DNA of 54,665 nt, the filler included, from Catajapyx aquilonaris (lineage: Eukaryota), in the NCBI GenBank assembly GCA_000934665.2. It is 2 parts of 2 records of this genome, joined end to end, with 100 filler letters (N's around TTAATTAATTAA, not from the genome) between each part and the next. Parts side by side here need not be neighbours in the genome. Positions count along the whole stretch, not along the records: positions 1 to 27,278 come from JYFJ02005077.1; 1 more part is not named here. One strand, given 5' to 3'. The notes below the pieces were generated by a model. The model did no database searches and was not told the DNA's origin. It saw only the letters and a list, made by a program, of their open reading frames with translations. Positions 12,702 through 25,095 of the stretch are shown piece after piece. The position numbers and the translations under genes are program-made. How positions within the stretch are numbered: position 1 is the first letter of the stretch; each line of letters begins with the position of its first letter.

Positions 12702-13064
12702 TTAATATAATAATAATCCGGGTAGTGCACGAACTCCTTACGAGTTATATGGCACGGACCTTTATATTATTACTCATATCAAGAGCGCTCATATACATTA
12801 GTATACATCAGGACCTGATAACGTAACGCCCGGGCCCACGGGCAGGATGACAGGAGGGGATGTGCAAGGTCCAATGTCTTAACGTGGCCGTTTTAGTGAA
12901 CTCCCCCGGGTGGTTTAGTCTATTGGAAATACCACCCGAGACGAAGCCAGAGGCGACCCTGAACTCTGCACGAGATGAAGCGGGTGTCCCCGGGCTGGGA
13001 TCGAACCCGGGACCTTAACATCCGTGGGCTCATACGTTACCGCAGCGCCACTTCGTCTCCCCTC
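12702..13064 (-). mobile_element. tRNA-derived SINE
   Basis: Minus-strand A-box-like TGGCGCTGCGG and B-box GGTTCGATCCC, (ATT)n tail, 13-bp TSD ACAATCGGGAGTG at 12689-12701 and 13065-13077. Confidence 0.9.
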
Positions 13065-14719
13065 ACAATCGGGAGTGCAGTATAACATCTACAATCTGAC
13101 ACAGGCCTATTCTTCAGCGGAAACCCTCCTAGGAAACGAGATTCTCCAGTTACGAATGCGAAGCCAAAAAGTGTATCCTGTAAGTGGGGGTGACTTTGTG
13201 CCAAATCCATTTTTTTCGGATCTCGCGCCACTATTATTTGACGTTTTTGACTGAAACCAACGCCAGTTGACAGCTACGTATGTTGTGCTACTTACAAGGG
13301 AACGGTCAAGGTCGGATACCTCCGATTTGGTTAAAACTTGCTTGAGGGGTCATTCATATGCGATAGACACAGTGGTGAGAGTTTTAGCTCGCAACTTCCA
13401 GCCGTTTCCGAGATATGAGCGACAGAAACATCCGAATTTTGGCCGCGCGCATTTGCCGGGAGCCGCTCAGCCAGCTCCACATCCCTTCTACCTGCCCCCT
13501 TTACCCACTTTTTTTTCGATCCCACACCCCCACCCCTTACTCCCACACCAACATTTTTGTTTTCCATTGTTTCTTTGCTCCGGTATTTATTATGAGACAA
13601 TCAAGCTGCTTTCTTTCGCTTCTCCCCAACGCGAACACAAAATTGGCAACACGTCACATTTACAAAATAATGTGAGTTTTGCTAAAAAAAAATAATATCG
13701 ACAGATTCGCAATCGGACTGGGCAGGAGAGATTATAAAATGTCATACATAACTTGACAAGGCTGGGTTCCCATTACGCAATTTTAGGTATAGAAGCTCTT
13801 TATTAGCAGTTGACAGAAGCGAAAGAAAGCAGAGATACGAGGGTGTTATATGAATTTTGAGACATGCGGGGTGACTTTGTGACATCATCAACTTGTCTCA
13901 AAGTCAGTCCAAGGATATTATTTACTGTTTTGACCTATGGGACGGTCTTTCAGGGTACCGTTCCACTCCAAATTATACACATCCAAATTGAAATCCAAAG
14001 TAATGAGCCACCGAGGACATTATGAAATGAAGGGCCTGAACTAAAAGGCCAAAAACAAGACATTTTTTTAAATATGCTAAATTTCATAAAATAATATATC
14101 GGATGTTGTGAAGGCGAAATTTTGTCTGAAATAAATCGTTTGTGTGGTAACGTTGTTATATTTTCTGATTATCATGCTTAACATTAAGGAAATAAACAAT
14201 GTCACAAAGTCAGGGGATTGCGGGAAGACTTTGTGACAAATGTAAATGTGAATAATATTTTTGTAAAGGCTAAAGTTATTGATATGATCTGCACACGGAT
14301 ATGTAGGGGAAGAATGCGGGTTCCAACTTCTACAGGACATTCATTGGAAAAACATGAAACCGTTTCTGCTGATACGAAAAAACTCAAAAACTGTCACGAA
14401 GACACTTACTGTATGTCATTTATGGCCAACACTAATTTTAGCAGGATAGTGGTATAGCATTAGCTGTTACTGAGTCTCAGAATAGCAGTATTGCAATAGA
14501 TGCTACCTGAGGAGCCAGTTATATGTCGGCAAGAACAATTTAAATTGCTTCCAACCCAGCGCCGCGACGGACTGGCCTACCTGATCTGCGATGATAGGAG
14601 GATCGGGGATGTAGGCCGGCTGGAAGATATGCGACCAGCGCACGCCTGCCTCCAAATTTGGCCACCAGATGGGAGGAAGGTCAGCTCTCTCGAAATCGCA
14701 AGGAAGAGAGGACGCTCTA

Positions 14720-15009
14720 GTTTCTCTCCTGTACGAATTTGCAGGTTTGTATTCAAATATTACTTGCCAAGTTACTTTTCTCTGGAACACCTCACAAATT
14801 AATGGTTTGTCTCCTGTATGAATTAGCATGTTAGTTTTCAACTTCCTAGATTCACGAAATTTTTTGTCACACCTCACAAGTGAATGATTTTTCTCCTGTA
14901 TGAATTCGCATGTGAGTTTTCAAATGATTTGAATCACGGAACTTTTTCTGGCACACCTCACAAGTAAATGGTTTGTCTCCTGCATGAACTTGCCTGTGAT
15001 ACCGGTACT
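14720..15009 (-). pseudogene. Decayed zinc fingers downstream of the gene B stop
   Basis: Finger repeats continue out of frame after a deletion at ~15040. An in-finger TGA (GAG GTG TGA) is shared with the tail of gene C. Confidence 0.75.
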
Positions 15010-16725
15010 TCAACTTTGATGACTGACAATCTTTTTGAATGGTTTTTCTCCCGTATGAACCAGCATGTGCATTTTCAAACTATATGAATGACGGAACTTT
15101 TTCTCGCACCCCTCACAAGCAAATGGTTTTTCTCCTGTATGAATTAGCATGTGAGATTTCAACTGAGTTGAATCACGGAATTTCTTCTGGCACACTTCAC
15201 AAGTGAATGATTTTTCTCCTGTATGAATTCGCATGTGCACCTTCAAGTAACTTGAATCACTAAAATTTTTCTGGCACACCTCACAAGTGAATGGTTTTTC
15301 TCCCGTATGAATTTGCATGTGCTTTTTCAAACTATATGAATCACGCAACTTTTTCTGGCACACCTCACAACTAAATGGTTTGTCTCCTGTATGAATTTGC
15401 ATGTGAGTTTTCAAAGTACTGGCACCACGGAACTTTTTCTGACACACATCACAAGTAAACGGTTGTTCTCCTGTATGAATTCGCATGTGAATTTTCAACT
15501 TACATGATTTACGAAATCTTTTCTCGCACACCTCACAAGCAAATGGTTTTTCTCCTGTATGAACCAGCATGTGCTTTTTCAAAATATATGAATCACGGAA
15601 CTTTTTCTCGCACCCCTCACAAGCAAATGGTTTTTCTGCTGCGTGAATTCGCATGTGCTTTTTCAAATCACTTGGATAATTAAATTTTTTCTGGCACACC
15701 TCACAAGCAAATGGTTTTTCTCCCGTATGAATTTGCATGTGCTTTTTCAAACTATATGAATCACGCAACTTTTTCTGGCACACCTCACAAGTAAACGGTT
15801 GTTCTCCTGTATGAATTCGCATGTGAATTTTCAACTTACATGATTTACGAAATCTTTTCTCGCACACCTCACAAGCAAATGGTTTTTCTCCCGTATGAAT
15901 AAGCATGTGCTCTTTCAATTCAGATGAATGACGCAACTTTCTCTGGCACACCTCACAAGTAAATGGTTTTTCTCCTGTATGAATTCGCATGTGAGTTTTC
16001 AAATAACTGGAATCATGCAACTTTTTCTGACACACCTCACAAGTGAATGGTTTTTCTCCTGCATGAACTTGCATGTGATACTTCAACTTTGATGAATTAC
16101 AATATCTTTTCTGACACACCTCACAAATGAATGGTTTTTCTCCTGTATGAACCAGCATGTGCTTTTTCAAACTATATGAATCACGGAACTTTTTCTCGCA
16201 CACCTCACAAGCAAATGGTTTTTCTCCCGTATGAATAAGCATGTGCTTTTTCAATTCAGATGAATGACGCAACTTTTTCTGGCACACCTCACAAGTGAAT
16301 GGTTTGTCTCCTGTATGAACTTGCATGTGATACTTCAACTTTGATGAATGACAAAATCTTTTCTGACACACCTCACAAGTAAATGGCGTTTCTCCCGTAT
16401 GAATAAGCATGTGCTTTTTCAATTCAGATGAATGACGCAACTTTTTCTGGCACACCTCACAAATGAATAGTTTGTCTCCTGTATGAATTTGCATGTGAGT
16501 TTTCAAATTACCTGGACAGTTAAATTTTCTCTGGCACACCTCACAAGTAAATGGTGTTTCTCCTGTATGAATTCGCATGTGAGTTTTCAAATGACTGGAA
16601 CCATGCAACTTTTTCTGGCACACCTCACAACTGAATGGTTTGTTTCCTGTATGACATATTCCCCTGCTCCTCTCATCCTGGATGCCTTTCTCTTCTATGC
16701 CACCTTCAGTTCTCAGTTGCACAAC
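15010..16725 (-). CDS. C2H2 zinc-finger gene B, exon 2 (19 fingers)
   Basis: ORF 15010-16794 has 19 fingers; acceptor ACATTCCAG|GTTGTG at 16726/16725, phase 0. Confidence 0.92.
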   Translation of the reverse strand, partial: VVQLRTEGGIEEKGIQDERSRGICHTGNKPFSCEVCQKKLHGSSHLKTHMRIHTGETPFTCEVCQRKFNCPGNLKTHMQIHTGDKLFICEVCQKKLRHSSELKKHMLIHTGETPFTCEVCQKRFCHSSKLKYHMQVHTGDKPFTCEVCQKKLRHSSELKKHMLIHTGEKPFACEVCEKKFRDSYSLKKHMLVHTGEKPFICEVCQKRYCNSSKLKYHMQVHAGEKPFTCEVCQKKLHDSSYLKTHMRIHTGEKPFTCEVCQRKLRHSSELKEHMLIHTGEKPFACEVCEKRFRKSCKLKIHMRIHTGEQPFTCEVCQKKLRDSYSLKKHMQIHTGEKPFACEVCQKKFNYPSDLKKHMRIHAAEKPFACEGCEKKFRDSYILKKHMLVHTGEKPFACEVCEKRFRKSCKLKIHMRIHTGEQPFTCDVCQKKFRGASTLKTHMQIHTGDKPFSCEVCQKKLRDSYSLKKHMQIHTGEKPFTCEVCQKNFSDSSYLKVHMRIHTGEKSFTCEVCQKKFRDSTQLKSHMLIHTGEKPFACEGCEKKFRHSYSLKMHMLVHTGEKPFKKIVSHQS

Positions 16726-17159
16726 CTGGAATGTTAAATTGCACAACATCAATTTCGATAAAGTGAAGCTTTCCACCATCTTTGCCATTTGCAAGGTGTC
16801 CTTTGTTACAATGGCTCAAGATGTTGTGTCACAGATCCACTTGTCAAATCACTGAATTTAGTGGGACCACATGAAATGTTGCAATGATAGAAACAATGAC
16901 CTCTGTTGGAGTAAGGTCCGAAGGCACAAATTAATTCACATTTTAATGTACGAATATTTTGAAAAGATCCATAAATATTTCTTGGAGCTGTCATTTATTG
17001 CTCCCCTAATCAGTCTAATGCATCCAAAGTCATATAGACTAACCTATGTGAGAAAAGTGGCTGCAGGTTGTGTGATAGCCTAACAGGAAATTACAGGAAA
17101 TTCACTTACTGTACTCTACAACCATGTTTTGGTGACATCAGTTGGGTAATTATTATGCA

Positions 17160-17245
17160 CTAGCAGGATACCGGCGTTGCTCGGGTTATAAAATACTTTT
17201 CCATAGGAGTAACTCACTGATTTGGTAGTTGCCTTTGCAATAATT
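17160..17245 (-). mobile_element. Helitron 3' end remnant (same insertion as 23321-24383 in paralog C)
   Basis: Minus strand CCCGAGCAACGCCGG hairpin followed by CTAG|T; flank and sequence match 23321-23407. Confidence 0.8.
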
Positions 17246-17254
17246 GAAGGGGTC

Positions 17255-17494
17255 GGTGCAATACTGCCCTAACCCTCCCAAACCTGATTTCGAGAAAAAC
17301 GCATTTGAAAGTTTAAGATGACCCATAAATCACATTTTCCATGGGACAATTTTCATTTCTACCCCAATACACAAGGCACTAATAAGGAACATTTACGTGC
17401 TATTATGATGATGATGATGATGCACCACCCACTCTAAGAATGAACAAAATAAGGTGGCCGCGTGAGAAAAAAAGGGTTAGGGCAGTATTGCACC
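17255..17494. mobile_element. MITE with 21-bp perfect TIR
   Basis: GGTGCAATACTGCCCTAACCC / GGGTTAGGGCAGTATTGCACC. Confidence 0.7.
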
Positions 17495-17546
17495 CAACTT
17501 GTAATGCGAACTAAATTGGTCAAGAACGTATCCCAAGTTAGTTTAA

Positions 17547-17840
17547 TCTCTATCTCTATAAATAAGGAAGTTTGTCAGTTTGTTTGTCCCTTATAGAAAT
17601 CCAGGGGAAGGCCCCTACACCGCCTTAAATTAGCATATCGGGGATTACATTTTTCAAGGAATTTAATGCCGCATGTTTCAGCTTCCGAAAATGAACCTAA
17701 CACCCATAACTCGCATATTCCCAATTAACCAATTATCAATTACCTATTTAACAATATTCATAGATTTCCATGGTAATGCCCTCATTACATTGTAGGTCTA
17801 CCACCATAACATACCCGGGCAACGCCGGGTAACCTGCTAG
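17547..17840 (+). mobile_element. Short non-autonomous Helitron
   Basis: A|TC 5' end with GTTTGT repeats; 3' hairpin CCCGGGCAACGCCGGG followed by CTAG|T. Confidence 0.82.
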
Positions 17841-18043
17841 TGTTCATATACATGATATCAAATGAACTGTCGTGAGATGAGGAACATTTAGGTGGCAACT
17901 GGTTTAACCTAGATTGTAAAATTAAAATGTTAAAAAAATCGCATTATTGAGCAAAACGGACACATTTCATATTGTCCAATGTCATTGTTAAACACATGCT
18001 AAGGGTGTGGAATTAATATGGTAGCTATACATAGTCATCTGAT

Positions 18044-18978
18044 CCAAAGAGCTTAATACTAGGAAGAGTGGAAAAAGCGGTTTCCAAGCGTCGCCACTTT
18101 TTGGCCAGTTGTTTAGTCAACGTGTTTGGCTGACGACCACTACGCGGCGCCACTAGGCGGCACCGTCGAGTGCTGTCGAGAGGAATTTCAATAAACTGTG
18201 TTGATTTAATATCAAGAGGCACGTAATTAAGAGTTATAAATCTAAAAACTGACCAATATGAGGTCGTATGCGGCTAAGGCACTAATTTTGGACCCGAAAC
18301 TGATATTCGACGCAGCTTGCCACCCTGCACCTAACAATCCAAATAATCACCTCGTTGCTTAGAAATCACGTTCGAATTTTGAAATGGAACTAGTTCCAAG
18401 GCCGGCATAGTGGAGCGTAGACGGTCGGGGGATGGGTGCCGAGTGCTACTACTGCTGTTCGCGCACGGGGTCTCGGATCGCATTCTTTTCATTACCAAAG
18501 GACCCTCCACGGCTCTCGAGTTCACGATAGAAGAACAACAAGCCCGTCCCGCCACGACGAGATGGACATAGCAGCGGGGGGTACATCTTCCTGTCACGAC
18601 CATGTTCAGCATCATGACCAGTGTGTACAGTAGCCTACCGTGGTGTGTATTGTATAGCGCAGAGTGTGGGATTATTGTAGTGGCAATAAACTTCTGGCAA
18701 ACAATTTGCTTTTCGTGATGGTATTTATTCACAGGTCTTCTGCATCGTGTTTTGTCGTCCATTTTTACACCAACGAGAGGATACGAGTACTTATAGAGCT
18801 TATTTCCAACCTCTGGGGCTTTTATTGCCATATTTCCGGCACTGCCTCGATCTACCGTATTGTACAATACAGTATCGAGTTTGGCTGTCGATCGCCAGGT
18901 GGCAGGTCAGTCGATTGGAGACACGGTTGCTATGCTACCAGCTGTTTTTTCCACTCTTCCTAGTATTAAGCTCTTTGG
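18044..18978. mobile_element. Non-autonomous TIR element (33-bp TIR), possibly P-like, with a THAP-like relic
   Basis: CCAAAGAGCTTAATACTAGGAAGAGTGGAAAAA is inverted at both ends. 18432-18530 (+) reads MGAECYYCCSRTGSRIAFFSLPKDPPR. No TSD found. Confidence 0.7.
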
Positions 18979-19207
18979 TAATTCAGTGCCATCGCCGACG
19001 GGGAAAAAAACAAAAAACATTCAGAGACGGCTAATGTGTCCAGCACTGTACAGACTCTTACCTGGCGCATATACTAGTAGGTATTGGTGCAATCGTGCTA
19101 TGGTGGTATTCTCTCCAGTCCATCCAGACAACGCAAACAGGTTTCATTTGATTCACCCTAGTAGTATTTAGCGTAAAATTATGTCACGGTTTCAGCAGAT
19201 CACTTAC

Positions 19208-19483
19208 CCCACTATTCCTTCCAGATCCAACTCCTAATGGGTCGTCTTCATCTTTGATCTCCCTATTCGTGGCCACCACCATCGCTTCCTCCTCCTCCTC
19301 CTCTGCCACCTCCTTCTTGACCTCACAAAGGGTGTCTTCCACGAGCGTAGAATCACTGTCCAACCATGGCGGTGCTTCCTCCTCCTCCTTCACCCTTAGC
19401 CTCCAACTCTCCTCATCCACTGTGATGTCCTCCTCCTCCTCCTTCACTTCCTCCTCCTTCTTTATCCTCAGGATCAACGACAT
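19208..19483 (-). CDS. Zinc-finger gene B, exon 1 (92 codons)
   Basis: MSLILRIKKEEEVKEEE...DEDDPLGVGSGRNSG followed by GGG|GTAAGT donor. Confidence 0.8.
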
Positions 19484-20489
19484 GGCCCTGTGAGACGGCG
19501 GCGGGTTGAGTTCGATTCCCTCTCTCTCTCTCTCTCTCTCTGGACAGAATGATGCTGCGGCCCGGTCTCTCGTTCGAGGCCAAGTCACTCCGCCATCTTT
19601 GATTCTCTCTTTTCCTTCCCATTCTTTTTTATGCAAATGAGGGTGCGTTCCTACCCCCGCACCATGTCATGGAAGGAAGGCCTTATGCGCTATCCCTTCC
19701 CATTTCAACAATCGCTGCTGCTACTTCCGATATCAACGCTATTCGCAACATACAGGCTTTGGCTGCAGTAGTAATACTGTGTGTCAAATTGTCTGCATGA
19801 TTCTTAGCTTACTGGAATTTCATAATTACCCTGACAGAAAACCAACTTGTATATTGGCAGTTTCTTGCCGGAAAAATCGTCTATTTGAACAAAAGTCATG
19901 CTTAACACATACGTACCGGCATACTCCTGCATGGAATATAAAGTTAGATAATAGCGACAGGTACACATGAGCCAAATCGACACAAAGATGAAGTGGTTAA
20001 AAATATACTTTTATTTGGTCTACCAACCTACACCTGAGCATAATCACATACCACGTGCTGCTCCATCTTCAATGTCTGCCGGGCTGATTGTCAAATTTCC
20101 CAACCAGAATATGTCACTCTCCTGTATGAATTTGCATGTGACGCTTCAAATTTATTTTATTTTGTTTGTTTTACCTCACTCCCCGTAAATACATGTGGGG
20201 AGGGAGTTTATTCCCATAGAAAGAAGCAACGCAACAAAATGAAATGTTTACCACAGATATCCAATTCCTACGTGCTACCATGACAGTGAAAGAATGAAAA
20301 AAGGAGAAGAAAAAAAGAGAGTGTGTGTGTGGGGCGGGGGATTGTATGCATGTTTACATCAAATTTAGAAGGGTATCTCAGTATCAAATTTTTTATGTTC
20401 ATAGCTAGAGGGACAGGTGTTATCGCTAAACTTTTTTTGAATAGAACCTCAGGCCATCTGATATGACTTTTCTAATTCTTCACATAATA

Positions 20490-21130
20490 AAAAATTTTCA
20501 CAAATAAATGACCTCCCTCCTGCGTAAGTTTTCCAATCATAGGATAAAAGTTTCTTAAATGCCACAGCTCTAAAGCAAATGGCATCCTTTCATGTATAAA
20601 TTCTCATGTGCATGATCAACCTCCATGCATCAGGAAATTTATTCTGGCACGCCTCTCAAGTAACTCCTGCATGAATTCGAATGTGAGTATTCAAAGTACC
20701 TTGATACTTAAATTTGCTGTTGCACACCTCACAAGTAAAATAATGGTTTACTCCCAGTATGAATTTGCATGTGCCTTTTCAAATTCGTCGCATTACTCAA
20801 GTTTTTCTGGCATACCTCACATGTGAATGGTTTCACTTTTGTGTGACTTTGCATGTGCCTTTTCAAGCTATGTGAATCACGACATTTTTTCGGGCACACC
20901 TCACAGCTATATGGCCTCTCTCCTGTATGAATTTGCATGTGAGTTTTCAAATGATATGAATCACTAAATTTTTTCTGGCACACCTCACAAGCGAATGGTT
21001 TTTCTCCTGTATGAATTCGCATGTGAATTTTCAAGTGACCTGTCTGAATAAATTTTTTCTGGCACACTTCACAAGTAAATGGTTTGTCTCCTGTATGAAT
21101 TCGCATGTGATCTTTCAAATTACTTGGAAG
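20490..21130 (-). pseudogene. Truncated C2H2 zinc-finger array
   Basis: ORF 20729-21148 has 4 intact fingers, begins mid-finger at a deletion junction (~21130) and decays by frameshifts below 20740. Confidence 0.8.
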
Positions 21131-21805
21131 GGGATGACTTTGTGACATATGTAAATGTGAATAATGCTTTTGTAACGGCTAAAGTTATTGATATGATGTG
21201 CACACGGATATGTAGCGGAAGGATGAGGGTACAAACTTCAATAAGACATTCATTGGAAAAACATTCAACCGTTTCTGCTGATACGGAAAACCTCAAAACC
21301 TGTCACAAAGACACTTACGGTATGTCATTTATGGCCAACACTTACTTTAGCAGGATAGTGGTATAGCATTTGCCGTTACTGAGTCTCAGAATAACAGTAT
21401 TGCAATAGTTGCTACTGAGGAGCCAGTTATATGTCGGCAAGAACAATTTAAATTGCTTCCAACCCAGCGCCGCGACTGATCGGCGATGATCGGAGGATCG
21501 GGGATGCAGGCCGGTTGGATGATATGAGACCAGCACACGTCTACGTCCAAATTTGGCCACGAGAAGGGAGGAAGGTCAGCTCTCTCGAATTCGCAGGTAG
21601 AAAGAACGTTCTAGTTTCTCTCCAGTACGAATTTGCAGGTTTGTATTCGAATATTACTTGCCAAGTTACTTTCCTCTGGAACACCTCACAAATTAATGGT
21701 TTGGGCATGCCATGGTTTGTCTCCTGTATGAATTATCATGTTAGTTTTCAACTTCCTAGATTCACGAAATTTTTTCTGTCACACCTCACAAGGGAATGGT
21801 TTGTC

Positions 21806-22894
21806 TCATGTATGAATTCGCATGTGCTTTTTCAAATGACTGGAATCACTGAACTTTTTCTGGCACACCTCACAAGTAAATGGTTTTTCTCCCGTATGAA
21901 TTTGTATGTGCTTTCTCAAAGTACTGGAATCACGGAACTTTTTCTGGCACACCTCACAAGTGAATGGTTTTTCTCCCGTATGAATTCGGATGTGCTTTTT
22001 CAAAGTACTGGAATCACGAAACTTTTTCTGGCACACCTCACAAGTGAATGGTTTTTCTCCTGTATGAACCAGCATGTGCTTTTTCAAACTATATGAATCA
22101 CGGACCTTTTTCTCGCACACCTCACAAGCAAATGGTTTTTCTCCCGTATGAATTTGCATGTGCTTTTTCAATTCAGTTGAATCACGCGACTTTTTCTGGC
22201 ACACCTCACAACTAAATGGTTTGTCTCCTGTATGAATTTGTATGTGAATTTTCAAATGACTGGAATCACGGAACTTTTTCTGGCACACCTCACAAACGAA
22301 TGGTTTGTCTCCTGTATGAATTTTCATGTGATACTTCAACTTTGATGAATGACAAAATCTTTTCTGACACACCTCACAAATGAATGGCTTTTCTCCCGTA
22401 TGAATTTGCATATGCGTTTTCAAAGTAGTAGAATCACGAAATGTTTTCTCGCACACCTCACAAGCAAATGGTTTTTCTCCCGTATGAATTCGCGTGTGCT
22501 TTTTCAAATGACTGGAATCACGGAACTTTTTCTGGCACACCTCACAAACGAATGGTTTGTCTCCTGTATGGACTTGCATGTGATACTTCAACTTTGATGA
22601 ATGACAAAATCTTTTCTGACACACCTCACAAATGAATGGATTTTCTCCCATATGACTTTGCATATGGTTTTTCAGAGTATGTGAATCACGAAATGTTTTC
22701 TCGCACACCTCACAAGCAAATGGTTTTTCTCCCGTATGAATTTGCATGTGCTTTTTCAAATGACTGGAAACACTGAACTTTTTCTGGCACACCTCACAAG
22801 TGAATGGTTTGTCTCCTGTATGACATATTCCCCTGCTCCACTCATCCTGGGTGCCTTTCTCTTCCATGCCACCTTCAGTTCTCAGTTGCACAAC
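21806..22894 (-). CDS. C2H2 zinc-finger gene C, exon 2 (12 fingers)
   Basis: ORF 21806-22963; acceptor ACATTCCAG|GTTGTG at 22895/22894. The stop is a GGA>TGA change in a linker, with decayed fingers beyond. Confidence 0.92.
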   Translation of the reverse strand, partial: VVQLRTEGGMEEKGTQDEWSRGICHTGDKPFTCEVCQKKFSVSSHLKKHMQIHTGEKPFACEVCEKTFRDSHTLKNHMQSHMGENPFICEVCQKRFCHSSKLKYHMQVHTGDKPFVCEVCQKKFRDSSHLKKHTRIHTGEKPFACEVCEKTFRDSTTLKTHMQIHTGEKPFICEVCQKRFCHSSKLKYHMKIHTGDKPFVCEVCQKKFRDSSHLKIHIQIHTGDKPFSCEVCQKKSRDSTELKKHMQIHTGEKPFACEVCEKKVRDSYSLKKHMLVHTGEKPFTCEVCQKKFRDSSTLKKHIRIHTGEKPFTCEVCQKKFRDSSTLRKHIQIHTGEKPFTCEVCQKKFSDSSHLKKHMRIHT

Positions 22895-23320
22895 CTGGAA
22901 TGTTAAATTACACCACATCAATTTCGATAGAGTGAAGCTTTCCACCATCTTTGCCATTTGCAAGGTGTCCTTTGTTATAACGGCTCAAGATGTTGTGTCA
23001 CAGATCCACTTGCCAAATCACTGAATTTAGTGGGACCACATGAAATGTTGCAATGATAGAAACAATGACCTCTGTTGGAGTAAGGTCCGAAGGCACAAAT
23101 TTATTCACATTTTAATGTACGAATATTTTGAAAAGATCCATAAATATTTCTTGTAGCTGTCATTTATTGCTCCCCTAATCAGTCTAATGCATCCAAAGTC
23201 ATATAGACTAACCTATGTGAGAAAAGTGGCTGCAGGTTGTGTAACAGGAAATTACAGGAAATTCACTTACTGTACTCTACAACCATGTTTTGGTGACATC
23301 AGTTGGGTAATTATTATGCA

Positions 23321-24383
23321 CTAGCAGGATACCGGCGCTGCTCGGGTTATGAAATACTTTTCCATAGGAGTAACTCATTGATTTGGTAGTTGCCTTTGCA
23401 ATAATTATTAAGGCTATTCAATGTTGGAATACGTGTAACATGGAGCGTATTGCATGTGCATGGTCGAAACACGAAACTGCGGATGTCAGATTGTAAGAAA
23501 ATACACAATAGACCTTCAAAATCCAGCAAAATATGTAATGAAAAATTGAAGGTTGTGCAGTAAATGTAGAATAGCATTGAAAGACCGGCACCTCTCTTAG
23601 TCATTCCCCAACCCCAAAATGGCCAATCTGGCCGGGGTGACTGTGCCAGCAGGCAGCTGTGGGGTCACTGGAGAACTCAAGGCCCACCACGTGGTACCCT
23701 TCCTCTCCATGCACACAGATCAGTGGATAGTGAAGGGTGTCATAAGATTTGTGGGTCTTGGAAATTCTCTGGAGACGGTTGTCGCGAAGCTTCAACAAAA
23801 TGTAACTCTTACCATGCTCCTGACCACTCATGATCACAGCAATATATCTCATTGCAAGAAGGTTGATTGAATCGACCACGATGCTCACCTTGTGGTCGCT
23901 TGGTTGCATCGATGACCAAGTCAAATTCCAGAGGAGGAGGGCTCTCAAGTGCAAGTTTGAATCTTTTGACGTAAGTGTGAGTGGAATGGATCATCTCCTG
24001 AAGTTGCAGTATGATGTCCATGCATGTGCCGGTGAGTGCCCCTGAGGGGCTGGAGGAGTAGAGGTGGCAGCATGGGCAGGGGGCGATGTGACCCCTCCGG
24101 CCTTGAGAGAAGGGAAGGATGGCTTCCCCAGCAACTGAACAGGAGTTGTTTATACCACAATGCGCATTATTAGAACAGGGGGCCAACGTCCCAAAGTTCT
24201 TTTCGCCTCCTGTGGCCAAGGATGACCTCGGAGGGCAATAATTCCAATGTGCTTAAAACATTCCCAGTAAAAAACTACCCCTAATCATTGCCCTGGGGCA
24301 TATGTCGAGGCCTCCGTATGGATTTGCAGAGCGGACACCAAGACAGACATAGGTCTTGAAATACTGTATACATATAAGATAGA
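23321..24383 (-). mobile_element. Internally deleted Helitron carrying a RepHel fragment
   Basis: A|TC at 24383, hairpin + CTAG|T at 23321. Frameshifted peptide LQEMIHSTHTYVKRFK...KRPQGEHRGRFNQP...LQRISKTHKSYDTLHYPL...GEEGY is typical of the Helitron Rep N-terminal region. Confidence 0.9.
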
Positions 24384-25095
24384 TTGAAACAAAGGGCATG
24401 TCACATGTGGAGCCATATGATTGTCTCCAAAGCCGCCCTATAATTTTTTGTGCTTTTTTGTAACAATGATTAGACTGGAACTAACTGCCTTTAGGAATAA
24501 AAAATCTGCATAATACATGCGGAAAAAACGACAAATGGAGGAATAAAACTGACCAACAATGATTTTGTTACACAAACAATTTCAGCTGTTTCCTATGCAA
24601 TCGTAGGAGCTGATTCCGAATATGTCATGGGGTCAGAGAGTGTCCAGTACCCTACATTTTTCTGTAACAGATCTACCCGAATCTATCTTATTTTGCAGAA
24701 AGTACTGCACATCAATCATTGTCACTAGTGTATTGGTGAAAACGGCTTTGTTACTATGCAAATTTAGCTGTTTCATATGCATCCATAGTCTCCGAATATG
24801 AACTCAGGTTTTTCTATCAGGCTTCATTTTTTTGTAACAAAACTACTTACCCGAACGTTGCGTAACTGAATGTCACCAACTTATTGGTCAACAGCGGCTC
24901 TGCTAAATGCACAATTTCTAATATAAGTAGGAGCTGACGTTGAATATAAAATCATAATTTTTCTATTGACATCCGTTACTTCCTTAAGAGTACGTCCCAC
25001 ATTGCATAGTCTTTCCAAAACAGCTTCCAAGCCTGGGTGTAAGATTTAGATGGCTTTGGTGTGACCTTATGAGGCTGACCTTCTCCGACCAGGCC

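Noticed and set aside
12975..13062. tRNA gene
   Set aside because: A/B boxes are the head of a SINE with a tail and TSD; no convincing cloverleaf or terminator.
8953..13077. LINE and SINE inserted near the same paralogous ATCGGGAGTG site (hotspot)
   Set aside because: Upstream flanks are not homologous; two events are insufficient.
21515..22635. Plus-strand ORFs overlapping ZF arrays
   Set aside because: Antisense shadows of the 84-bp repeat.
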